A stretch of DNA of 63,183 bases, the filler included, from Vezdaea acicularis (Eukaryota), in NCBI GenBank assembly GCA_026025075.1. It is 5 parts of 5 records of this genome, joined end to end, with 100 filler letters (N's around TTAATTAATTAA, not from the genome) between each part and the next. Parts side by side here need not be neighbours in the genome. Positions count along the whole stretch, not along the records: positions 14,405 to 28,643 come from JAPEUI010000231.1; positions 28,744 to 42,470 come from JAPEUI010000233.1; 3 more parts are not named here. One strand, written 5' to 3'. Under the pieces are notes generated by a model. The model saw nothing but the letters and a program-made list of their open reading frames with translations, was not told the origin of the DNA and made no database searches. Of the stretch, positions 25,308 to 36,135 are shown piece by piece; position 1 is the first letter of the stretch; every line of letters begins with the position of its first letter. The position numbers and the translations under genes were made by a program.

Positions 25308-25674
25308 GCTAAAAGCACTCAACTCCGAGGGGGCAACCCGGATCACATTATGCGGCATCAAACCATGTCCAATGAATGGCCGGACCGAACTCGACGACTC
25401 CAAACTCATATAATCCTCGCCATCAATTCAAATTAGGGGTGAAGGCCCAAATGACCAGCAGTCGTATGACGACTAGGAGCGAGCTGTAGGGCACAGAAGA
25501 GGGTTTCATTATCCTTCGCATCAAAGGAATGGTTATCTGAGCCTTCACCTTAAAGATGCAGAGTCAGAAGCACAAACTGGTAGAGGAATTGCGTTTATAG
25601 TGGGAAGCCTGTAACCAGGCATGCTACGGTGCCCATAGGCTTCTCAAAACCCCACAACTATGAAGAACAGCTAG

Positions 25675-26050
25675 CAGTCAGCTGACCCTTTCAATTTTGC
25701 GTTGCGCTTTGAAATCAAAAAAGACGTGTCGGGGAGACGCGCCGTGCGCGGCAAGTTCGTGATGCCGAGGTAAAGATATCCCACATGAGCCCCCAGAAGC
25801 TTCCCGAAAACTTCCCAATTGAGTAGTAGAGGAAGCCGGTGACAGTCAGCTGACCCTTCCAGTTTTCCGTTGCGTTTTGAAATCAGAAAAGACGTGTTGG
25901 GGAGACGTGCCTTGCGCGCAAACTTCGTGATGCTGAGGTAAAGATATCCTGAATTAGCCCCCCAAGAAGCTTCTCGAAAACTTCCAAATTCAGTACTGAA
26001 GGGAGCAGGTGGAAGTCAGCTGACCCTTCCATTTCTGCGTTGCGTTTTGG
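25675..26050. repeat. Intergenic tandem repeat, ~168-170 bp unit, ~2.2 copies
   Basis: AGTCAGCTGACCCTT..TT..CGTTGCG.TTTG starts at ~25675, 25843 and 26013; units 1 and 2 align over their whole length. Confidence 0.9.
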
Positions 26051-26471
26051 AAGTGCAAAGAGGGGCCTAGGGCTAGGCCGAGCTGTGAGAAAGGGGAGAT
26101 GGTACTCCTTCAGGGCCGCGGGGAGAAAGGGGAGATGCCATTCCTGTAGGCTAGAGGGCGGCCAGAAAACTGATGGAGATAGGAAGATTGGTGGGCGAAG
26201 AGCAGAACCATAAAGTCATATACACCTTGCAAATGAATTCATTCCTCACGCAAAGAAGGGGAAATTTGAAAGAATGTGTTATTGTCCTTGGACAGCAAGC
26301 GATGATTCCTGAATCTACCTAGAAGTTCCCTTTACTATTGGAATCAGTCACCTTACCTAAATTGCCTTTCCATGATGCATGCTGAAGCCCCGCCAACTCC
26401 GCAAAAATGCACAATCGTAACCCCACCAGTCAGTCAGTCGCGCAACGTTAAGATGGAGGGCGAAAGCAGCC

Positions 26472-28565
26472 CTAGTCATCAATGACAATAGCACCGTTAT
26501 TCGCATCGTCATCCAGTATCTCAAGGACATCGTCCCTGGCCTTCGCCTCCTGTAATGCCTTAGTGCGCTTCTCATCCGTACGATCGGGCAGTCCCGCCTC
26601 ATTAGCAGTTCGCTTCTTAGGCAGAGCAGCGCCGTTTAAAGCATGACCGTTCGCAGAACTGGATGGCAGCTTCCGGGCGACCTCAAACTTCTCAATGGCC
26701 ACGACTGGCTTCGACTCCTCCGGCAACGTCTTCTCGGAGATGGAGAGAATGAGGTTCACGCGGGGGTTCTCTTCGTCTTCGTCGATGATGGTGAGGAAAG
26801 AATCTTGTTTGATGCCAAGGTCTTTCAGCATAGTAGGAAGGTTGTCATCGAGTTCAGGGTCGTAGAGAGTGCCGATTTCGTTGTTGACGCTGAACTCTTC
26901 TCCGTACCCTATCTCCGTTCGTAGGAAGCCGTTGACAAGGTCTTCGAGAGTCGCTTGGGCAGTATCGATGTGAACGCGGGCTTGAGTGACGCTGCAGACA
27001 CCGCAGTCAGGATTAGGTGGTCGAAGCTTGTCTGCTAACAAGAATCTGTCGGTGGACTTGGTTAAGAATACCATACGAGCATTCTGTAAAGTGTCCCTCA
27101 TGACTTTGAAAGCTTGCAACACACAGAGGCCAGCGACTATGGCGTTGGTCGTTGCAATTGCTGGGATAATGTTGCCGGCCATTTGCTTAATGTCGAATTT
27201 TGATTTAGGTTCAATACCGAAAACAATAGACCTTATATTTGCAGCGGCTGTAACAAAGTCGAGTGTGTCATTATCATCCTTGTCGAAGACCAGGACAGCA
27301 GAGCTATCGCTTTGCTGGTTTTTCTGATGCCTCTCCTTCAGCCTCCCTAAACTGTCCTTAAATAGTATGAAGCTTCCTATCAAGGTCAGCGGCGCTTGGT
27401 TGCCTCGGCCCGGTAAGGTTTCTTTAGATTCGTCCATTTGCCGCATCAGGTCTTCATAACTGAGTACAGATGGGGGCTTGCGCGTTTTCCACATGTCCTC
27501 CATGCTTCTAAGGCGCGTGATATCATCTCGGTAGACTTTATCAAAAACCATGCGTTCGAAGTCGACAGATCCTATAGAGTTTCGAATTGCCTTGAGAGCT
27601 TGCGACTCTTGTTTCAAGTTCTCGATTTCCTTTGCTAAGAAAAGTTAAATTGGATATATTTAGGTATAAGGAGGGCAGCCACCATTTTCGGAGTCTTCAG
27701 AATGGTCAAGTTCTGGTGTATCCTCTTCGCTGACCCCGAAGATCTCCCTGTAAAGTGTTAGGAACGACCCTAAACATTTCCTAAGATATACTCACGTGAA
27801 TAGGTAGCTCTTAGCCCATACAATGCAATGTATTGGTTGACTCGGGGTGCTTCGAATTGTGCAGACGGGAAAAGTTTTGGGTGTTTCCTTTGGGTTACAA
27901 TCATAGCACTCCGTACGACCCTAGTGATGAGATGAGCATGATTTCCTGTAAAGTATTGCACATCTCCAACCTTTCTTATAACCTGCACTTGACCGTTGAA
28001 GCCCGTAGTGCCACTCTCAATGAGAGGGACATCAGCCGCTAAACACATCTTATTGACATGACGTCGTGCATCCAGATTATCAAGTGCGTTGAAGACGATG
28101 TTGAAGCTTTTGAACCAGTCAATATTGAATTCTGAGTCTTTGATGTTCGCATGGTATGCCTCAAGCTTGATGGCCGGGTTGAATTTTGCCGCCGTTTGTT
28201 TCGCTACCTGAAAATTGAACGTTCAGCTCAACATCTTGTCCGCAAGGAGTCAGGCCCATCATACTATTGCTTTTGACTTCTTGATGTGCTCGTGTCGAAA
28301 AAGAAACTGTCTATTGAGGTTGCTAAGGTCTATCGTGTCAAGGTCGACAACGTGGACTTCTCCAAATCCTGTTAGGACGAGGTTCTTCAAGAGTTCGCAG
28401 CCGATACCGCCAGCTCCAACCATTAGAACCCGAGCCTGGAGGATCGCGTGTCAGCATCATAGTTTGATCGCCGCAAAGCAAAATTTGATATGAAATGAGA
28501 CGTACATCCTTGATGCGGGGATACAGGCTACCTAATGAACGTCTTGGATACTTGTCCCGGCCCAT
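26472..28565 (-). CDS. UBA2: SUMO-activating enzyme E1 subunit 2
   Basis: [74 protein letters not shown]; multi-exon. Confidence 0.95.
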
Positions 28566-28643
28566 GTTCGCGATCGGAGGTGCTCACCACGAGCAGTCAA
28601 ACATTAGGCAAAGGGTGGGGCAGGAAGGTGCGGATTATCTTGG

Positions 28644-28743
28644 NNNNNNNNNNNNNNNNNNNNNNNNNNNNNNNNNNNNNNNNNNNNTTAATTAATTAAN
28701 NNNNNNNNNNNNNNNNNNNNNNNNNNNNNNNNNNNNNNNNNNN
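28644..28743. other. Artificial contig spacer
   Basis: 44 N + TTAATTAATTAA + 44 N. Confidence 0.98.
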
Positions 28744-29408
28744 ACCTCCCCCTCTTCCCCCCTTCCCTCCCCCTGTCCACCACCTCAACCTACACCACCC
28801 TCGAATCCCTCTGCGCCCACTCCCTCTCCGGAAACGCAGGCTGCCGCTGCCTGTACCATCCTTTCTCCCCCCCTCACACACTCGACCCCTGGACGCGTAT
28901 CGATACGGTGCGGTGTTACCCCAATAACGGGCGCGGCTGGAATAGGGAGCTGTTCGAGGCGTTTTGGAGTTGGTGCGAACTCCTCTGCAGGTGTGTGGGC
29001 GAAGAGGAGTATGAAGGGCAGAAACGCGCGAGGGTGGCGACGGTACAGGGCAGGAGGGAGAGGAGGGAGTGGGAGATGGAGGGGGTGAGGGCTGTGAGGA
29101 GTGATTCTGAGAGTGAGAGTGGGAGTGGGGAAGAAGGGAAGGGGGTGGAGGTGCAGAGTCCCCCACGCTGGACGATGGCGGGGAGGTGTGGAGGACAGGA
29201 GCGGTGTAGTGCTCGCGGAGAGTGTTCGGCGCGGGGACGTGGTGGGGGTGGGATGGACTCGGGGAGGTGGTGGGGTGCGTGTGTGGAACGGAGAGCGGGT
29301 GTGAGCGGCGGAGGGAGGAGGAGGAGCGGGGTGGGGCTTGGGAAGAGGACGGGGGAGGAGGTGGGGATTGATTCAGGGGAAGTTCTGCTTAGCAGATCAT
29401 CAGGGTGA
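28744..29408 (+). CDS. Cysteine-rich hypothetical protein (5'-partial), possibly secreted
   Basis: The frame of ORF 28908 stays open upstream: YTTLESLCAHSLSGNAGCRC...VRCYP...WCELLCRC...RCGGQERCSARGEC...GAC. Confidence 0.5.
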
Positions 29409-29966
29409 ACGGAAGGGGGCATGATGCACCACGATGGACAGAAAGCGGCAAGGAACATCGTGGAGGAGTTATATCAATTTGCCTCTCCATCTCGAGAGCT
29501 TCCTTCAAGCATCACCCCGCCTTCTACTCTCTTCTCTCTCTTGCTCTCCTCTGCGATAATCCGCCAGTGCTGCGCCCGCTGCCCCCACCAGCTAGGTTCT
29601 TTCCAAATGCCTGCCTGCCTGCCTACCTGAGCGTTGCTCGCTCCTAGTATTACACGATAACATCCCATTGTCCAATGCGCGTCCCTACCTGCCTAGTTGT
29701 AGCGAAAGTCTAACGAGAGAGCTGGGATAAGTCAAGAAAAAGGGGGGCGGCCGAAAGAAATGAAAAAGTGGGATATTAGTGTATGTGAAAAGGGAAAAGA
29801 TGCAGGCGATGAAAGCTGGGGGAAAGATGAGTCGCGGTTACCCTAGATCCGATATGCAAGCGAAACCCTCAAGACGGGCAGAACGCGATTTATGAAAACA
29901 AAGGAAAAACGAAAAGGGAAAAGGATAGTAAGGGACGTCCAAGGTCCGATTGATCCAAAGCTGACC

Positions 29967-32516
29967 CTACTCTTCGGCCCATCCCTGCAAGCCTCCGTCA
30001 CCCTGAATCGCGAGGCCATAGGCACCGATGCCTCCACCGCCGAACCCGCCAAAACCGGAGTTCATGCCCATGAAGCCGCTCTGGGAGTGCTGTTGGCCGT
30101 GGTGAGGTACTTGCTGTTGGAACCCATTGCTCTGCGGCGCTCCAGAGAACACAGGCAAGCTAACAGCACGAGCATGCTGGCTCCTTTGAACAGCAGACAG
30201 CGCGCTAGTCGGTGCGAGTAAGCCGCCCATCGTAGAAGCTGCGACGCTGGTGTTCACACCATTCAACCCATTGTGGTTTGCCTGCACAGCGTTGTCAAGC
30301 GCATCGCCACCGTACAGAGCAGCCTGTTGTGCGGCGAGGACTTGCTGCTGTTGCTGCTGGAGGGCAGCGACGGAGTAAGGGTCATGCTGGTGGGCTAGCG
30401 AGTTTGGGAGGGGGTTCTGCTGGGAGACTTGATTGAGGTACATGGTCAGCGGGTTGTTGCTGCCAGCGTTCAAGATCGTGGATGGCGTTGGAGCGAGCTG
30501 CTGCTGCTGTTGGTGCTGTTGGTGCTGCTGGTGTTGCTGTTGGGAAGCGTAGCTACCATTGGACCCGTTTTGCGAGCCAGGAGCTGGGGACAGCGCGGAG
30601 GTAGTAGGGCTATTTGCAGATCCCTGCTGACTCAGACTGGGCTGAAGGTTGCCATTGACTGGCTGAGGGGAGGTTACCCCCTCGCTCACATGCCCACCAT
30701 TTTGCTGTTGCTGCTGACTCCCATTCGCAACTTGACGAGGAGGGTTTCCGCATCGATCCTTGCCGAAGTTGATCTTGAACCGTCGATATTCTTCCCGGCT
30801 GCGAACGGCTTCAATCGCCTTGATCGCATTCGCAATGTTTGTAAAATTCACAAAGGCACAGCTCTTCTCGCGAAGGGCGTTGACGAGCTCGATCTCGCCA
30901 TACTCTGAGAAATCCTGACGCAATCGCTCTTCACCCCAAGACTCGTCAAGATTACCGATATAGACGTTTCGGGAGGCGCCGCCGCTGACCGCAAGAGCAA
31001 TCGCAGGGGGTAATGCTCCGGAATGTTTGCCCCATCCAATCTTGAGGCGCCGATTGTGAATCATCAGACCCTGTAGATTGCTCAACGCGTAGAACGATGC
31101 AGCTGAGGTCGGGTCGATGAACGTGACAAAGCAGATATGCTTATCGGGAATGTATCGAATATGATGGAGCAAACCACCACGAACGACATTGCAGATTTCT
31201 TCAATAGTTGTTTCCGGATGAATATTACCCAGGTATACCGTCCGATTTCCAAGATTGTTGATGCCGCCTGCTGAAGTAGCAACCGCTGCCGCAGCAACTG
31301 ACTGTTGAGCAAGAGCATTAGAGATCAAGTCACGATCTGCGCCATTGAGGACGTGTGCGTAACCAGGAGCGATGCCGAGATACTGTGCGGCATTCTGCTG
31401 CTGGGTCTTGGAGACATATGCGCAACGATCTTTGCCGTAATATACCCGGCGAGGGGACTGCCACTTGTGTTCTTGAGGTAATTGAGACACGGCTTTGATG
31501 GCGTTGCCAATCGACAAGAAATGAACAAAGCCAATTGCTTTCTCTCGTACAATCTTGACGGTATCTATCGGACCAAACTTTCCAAGGTCCTCCCGTAATT
31601 CCTCCTCGCCAACATCCTCGGGAAGATTGCCAAGGTAAACGTTCCTCGAAGCGCCCGATTGTTGGACTGCCAAGGCCACCGAAGTTGGAACCTGCGATGG
31701 CTTGCCCCAGCCCACTTTGATATCCTGGCCTCGGATTGCCAACTTTTTCAAGATGGCATCTGAGTGGAAGTGTGTGGCAGAGCTTCCATCCAGGAACGAG
31801 ATGAACGCACAGTTCTTATCCGGTAAAAGTCGGACTGACTCGATCTGACCACTTCGAACATGTCCCAGAATCTCTTCCGCGGATGTTTCCGGTGGAATGT
31901 TACCCAAATACACCGTTCTGCTTGTTCCCGATACCATACCCGGCGCTACCTGGACGGGAGCACCTGCAGGACCCATGTTCTGGTTCATGTTTGTGAAAGC
32001 ACCAGTCGGAGATTGTGAGCCATAATAAGTAGCTCCACCATAGTTCGTTGGCGAAATCATACTCTGGTACAATTGGGGAGACATGCCCTGTTGCTGCACA
32101 GGGCTGTTGATATGGTTCTGTTGGTTTTGATGTTGCGAATTGAGCTGATTTTGAAATCCATTAAAGTTCGAAAACTGAGGAGATGCAAACGCCGAAGGTG
32201 TCCCAGGTTGAAAGGGGCTGCCAAGCAGCAATTGAGAAGGTAATAGTGGGGTAAACTGCATATCAAATGCAGTGCCCGGACTAGTCATGTCGTTTGAAGT
32301 CGGATGACCAGTATTGATCGACGATACGTTCGCACGCCGAGGATGTCGGTCTCCATAGCCACCAATAGAATGCTGGTTAGAAGCAAAGGCCCCATGAGAA
32401 AACCCAGTATGGTCGACATTCCCATTAGGTTGCTTCTGCACCTGTTGATGAAGGCGAGGTCCCGTCGGAACACCGTTCATGCTAGGCATTCCAGCGGACC
32501 CTTCCTGCTGATTCAT
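29967..32516 (-). CDS. Four-RRM RNA-binding protein, S. pombe Nrd1 / S. cerevisiae Mrn1 family
   Basis: Four RRMs starting [30 protein letters not shown] and [10 protein letters not shown], with GWGK/YGKDRC ends; Q-rich flanks. First in-frame ATG at 32516. Confidence 0.92.
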   Translation of the reverse strand: MNQQEGSAGMPSMNGVPTGPRLHQQVQKQPNGNVDHTGFSHGAFASNQHSIGGYGDRHPRRANVSSINTGHPTSNDMTSPGTAFDMQFTPLLPSQLLLGSPFQPGTPSAFASPQFSNFNGFQNQLNSQHQNQQNHINSPVQQQGMSPQLYQSMISPTNYGGATYYGSQSPTGAFTNMNQNMGPAGAPVQVAPGMVSGTSRTVYLGNIPPETSAEEILGHVRSGQIESVRLLPDKNCAFISFLDGSSATHFHSDAILKKLAIRGQDIKVGWGKPSQVPTSVALAVQQSGASRNVYLGNLPEDVGEEELREDLGKFGPIDTVKIVREKAIGFVHFLSIGNAIKAVSQLPQEHKWQSPRRVYYGKDRCAYVSKTQQQNAAQYLGIAPGYAHVLNGADRDLISNALAQQSVAAAAVATSAGGINNLGNRTVYLGNIHPETTIEEICNVVRGGLLHHIRYIPDKHICFVTFIDPTSAASFYALSNLQGLMIHNRRLKIGWGKHSGALPPAIALAVSGGASRNVYIGNLDESWGEERLRQDFSEYGEIELVNALREKSCAFVNFTNIANAIKAIEAVRSREEYRRFKINFGKDRCGNPPRQVANGSQQQQQNGGHVSEGVTSPQPVNGNLQPSLSQQGSANSPTTSALSPAPGSQNGSNGSYASQQQHQQHQQHQQQQQLAPTPSTILNAGSNNPLTMYLNQVSQQNPLPNSLAHQHDPYSVAALQQQQQQVLAAQQAALYGGDALDNAVQANHNGLNGVNTSVAASTMGGLLAPTSALSAVQRSQHARAVSLPVFSGAPQSNGFQQQVPHHGQQHSQSGFMGMNSGFGGFGGGGIGAYGLAIQGDGGLQGWAEE

Positions 32517-33705
32517 GCCGAGTAAGTGCGGCGGTAGGACAAGTCCGTCGCGAGTCTGAGATGACAAGACCTCCGTGGTAACGCAGTAGACACGGCCAGA
32601 CGTTGACTCGTCGGCCGATATATCTTGAGCCTTAAAGTTGATTACAGGAAACCCAGATTCAAGAGAGATCTCGACTTGTTCAAATTTGACGAGAGAGAAT
32701 CAAATGAATGAAAGATGGTCTACAAAGGAAGGTTATTCGTTAGTTATGATCTCAAATTAGGAGTAGCAAATGGTCGAACACTTAAGGGCAGCAAATGAAC
32801 TTGGGGAATGAGCACTGACAGAATTGGGAGGTTTTTTTTCCGTCCGACCTGAGCCTCGATTGATAACGCTCCGCTCCCGATGAATTTCGAGTTAAAGGTG
32901 TAAGGAATGGAGGAGCATAGGGTATATGAAAATTGAAGGCAAGAAAGAAAAAAGGCAGTGAAGGCGGTCCTTACTCGGACAAAGAATGACGATTGAAGGG
33001 AGAGAAATGGAGCACGCAGAAGGCGCCTCGATGAATATACAGATCGAATTAAAGGCCGCGAAAAGAAGAGTAAACAGGCAGGGCGTGAGGAGCGAACGGC
33101 GACATGTAATGGGGGCTCTTGGTCAATATGTATGACGGGTAAGTGGATGCAGGAGTCGAGGTGTGCAGCTGCAGGCAGGGCGAGAGGGCACGGTAGTGTG
33201 TGGCAGGGCGTCTGCGCCTAAAAAGAAGGGGAAGATTAACCCAAGGAGAGATGCAGGGCGAGCAGCAGAGAGAGGATCCGCGAGGAGAAAGAAAGAGAGA
33301 CGCGTCCAATGATCGATGGCGGTCGGGACAAGGGAGCTACAAGACCGCAAGACGGCAATGAGCAAAGGACAAGCAAAGGCAGAGGCATGGCTGGGGAAAT
33401 TTCGTGAACAGGCGCAAGATGAAGAGATGAATGGCCAGACGCCATCGCGCTGGATCGGGAATAGGGGCGGACAGGGGGGAGGGGAGGGCAGGGTCGCCAG
33501 GAGCCAGGGAGGGGCGCGAAGCGAGATTGGGCGACGGTTTTGGGCGGCCGTTCGTTAGATCGAGGCAACGCCGCCGTCCGACGTCTCGGGTCCGCGTCTA
33601 GCGTCTACTGTAGCGCACCCGTCGTGAGAGAAGAGTCACAGATCTGCCCCACCAAACGAATGCCTTCGTCCACTCTCCGTCATATAAACACAACGAGACG
33701 GCACA

Positions 33706-35449
33706 ATGGCCTCAATCTACGTCGACGAGGCAAAGGGCCATGACGCCGCGCCTGCCACCGGCACAGAGGACGCCCCTTTCAAGACCCTACTCTACGCCTA
33801 CATCCAGCATGCCCCAGATCCTCAATCGAAAAAATACCTGGTGCGGACGGGGGACGAATGGAAGCCCGCGAGCAAGTCCGCCACGAAAAAGGCGGGGAAC
33901 CTGTACGAGCAGCACAAGAAGAAGGAGGCGAAGCAGGTCGAACTAGCAGAGAGGCAGAAAGACCAGGACAGACAGCGGCAGCACGCTTTGGAGGAAGCGA
34001 AGAAGGTGACCATCAAGGAAGACCCGACCTTGCCCAAGGCCCTCAAGATCAAGATTGCCGACAAGAATCCGATGACGGTCAAAGTTAGAAGCGCCACGGA
34101 TGGGAAGGGCTCGGGCACAAGGGTCAGGGTATCGGGCTGGGTTCACCGACTCCGCGCCCAGAAGGAAGTCATGTTCGTTACGTTGAAGGATGGTTATGGC
34201 CTCTTGCAATGCGTCCTTCAGGGCGACCTCGTCAAGACCTACGACGCCCAGACCCTAACGCTCGAGTCGACCATAACGATATACGGGGAGATGTGTGAGG
34301 TGCCGCTCAAGCAGCATGCTCCCGACAACCGGGAGCTGCACGCGGACTACTTCGAAGTATACGGCAAAGCGCCAGGGGATAAGGAGTCTATCGGCACAAT
34401 CGTTGCGCCTGATGCGGACCCTCAGACGAAAATGGACCATCGGCATTTGGTTATTCGTGGCGACACTGCTTCCTCCATCCTCAAAGTCCGTGCTACACTC
34501 CTGGAAGCATTCGCTCAGACCTTCAAAGAGCTGCGCCTTCGTCAAGTCACACCGCCTTGCATGGTGCAGACCCAGGTAGAGGGTGGAGCCACACTGTTCT
34601 CCTTCGATTACTATGGCCAAAAGGCGTACCTGACTCAGTCCTCCCAGCTATATCTCGAAACATGTCTTCCCGCACTGGGTGATGTCTACTGCATTGCCGA
34701 GTCATACCGCGCAGAGAAGTCTCTCACCCGTCGCCACCTCTCGGAGTACACGCACATTGAGGGTGAACTTGCTTTTATAACCTTTGACGATCTCCTGGAG
34801 CATCTCGAGACTCTGATGACTCGAGTTGTTGACATTGCCCTCGCTGATCCTGAGACTGCCGGATATATCAAAGAGCTCAACCCAGACTTCAAGAGACCAA
34901 CGGTGCCATTTCTGCGCATGAAATACGCCGATGCTCTTGTCTGGCTCAACGAACATGACATCTTGAACGAGGAGGGTAAGCCGCATGCTTTTGGTGATGA
35001 TATCGCTGAGGCAGCTGAGAGGAAAATGACGGATATCATCAACCGGCCCATCTTCCTCACACATTTCCCGGTCGAGATCAAGTCTTTCTACATGAAGAAA
35101 GACCCCGAAGACTTGAGAGTGACCGAGAGCGTGGATTGTCTCATGCCTGGAGTTGGGGAGATCGTTGGTGGAAGCATGAGGATGGAGGGATACGAAGAGC
35201 TTTTGGAAGGGTACGCTCGTGAGGGTATCGATCCGAAGCCATACTACTGGTATACAGACCAGAGAAAGTAAGCAGCCTCTTACCTCTCTTTTTTTTTATC
35301 ATCTTTAACCAGTATTTATCAGGTATGGTACATGCCCACATGGAGGCTACGGTTTAGGTCTCGAGAGATTCTTGGCCTGGCTCTGCGGTCGATACACTGT
35401 TCGAGACTGCTGTCTTTACCCACGATTCACAGGCAGATGCACCCCCTAG
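33706..35449 (+). CDS. DED81: Cytosolic asparaginyl-tRNA synthetase
   Basis: GWVHRLR OB-fold, [39 protein letters not shown], last exon [16 protein letters not shown]. Confidence 0.96.
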
Positions 35450-36135
35450 TCTTCGGGTCATTGTGCTTTCAATACCATCAATGTAGCGCGGCTTTCCTTC
35501 CACTTACTGGAGTTCGGCCATAGACTTGCTTTAGCGTTTCCCGCATTTGGGCCATGAAATTATGGAGGCATGTACGGTTTGACGACGCTCGACATATATC
35601 GTAAGGATAGACCAGTGAAGCGGAGTTAGTTCACGTTTAGACGCATAAATTTCATGAATGCACAACTCTGAATTGACCGGGGAACAATCTTCATGATAAC
35701 ATATACACAACCCATTCTCACGCTTCTCGTAGGCTACAAGAGCAATTGACAGTACACAGTACAGGGCTGTGGGCTTTTAACGCAGCAAGTAATCGAATGC
35801 AGCCTAGCGTCTGCCTTCGGCTAGAGACGCGATCCAACGCGTTCGTGACGGCCCATCCCAATCATCATGCCACTTTCGGAATTTCCCCCCGCAACCACAG
35901 AACAGTGACTTCTCAATCTCCGGCCGCAATTGTGGCTCTCCGTCAACCATCGCGTCTTTCAAAGCGCGTGCTCATACTAAGCAGGTTGAGTGATGCAAGC
36001 GGGACCCAAGATCTAAAGATCAGATCGTCACTGCGTACGGACTCAACTCGCAGTGACTTCAGCCTGCGAGGTACGGTATCAAATACTCCGCTCAAGGCCG
36101 CCATAATTGTCCCTTTTAGGCCGCAAAACACAAAC

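Noticed and set aside
28696..29458. Pro/Ser-rich minus-strand ORFs
   Set aside because: Shadow frames of the G-rich plus-strand sequence; the plus frame has the patterned cysteines.
30330..30720. CTG/CAG microsatellites
   Set aside because: Explained by poly-Q tracts of the RRM protein.
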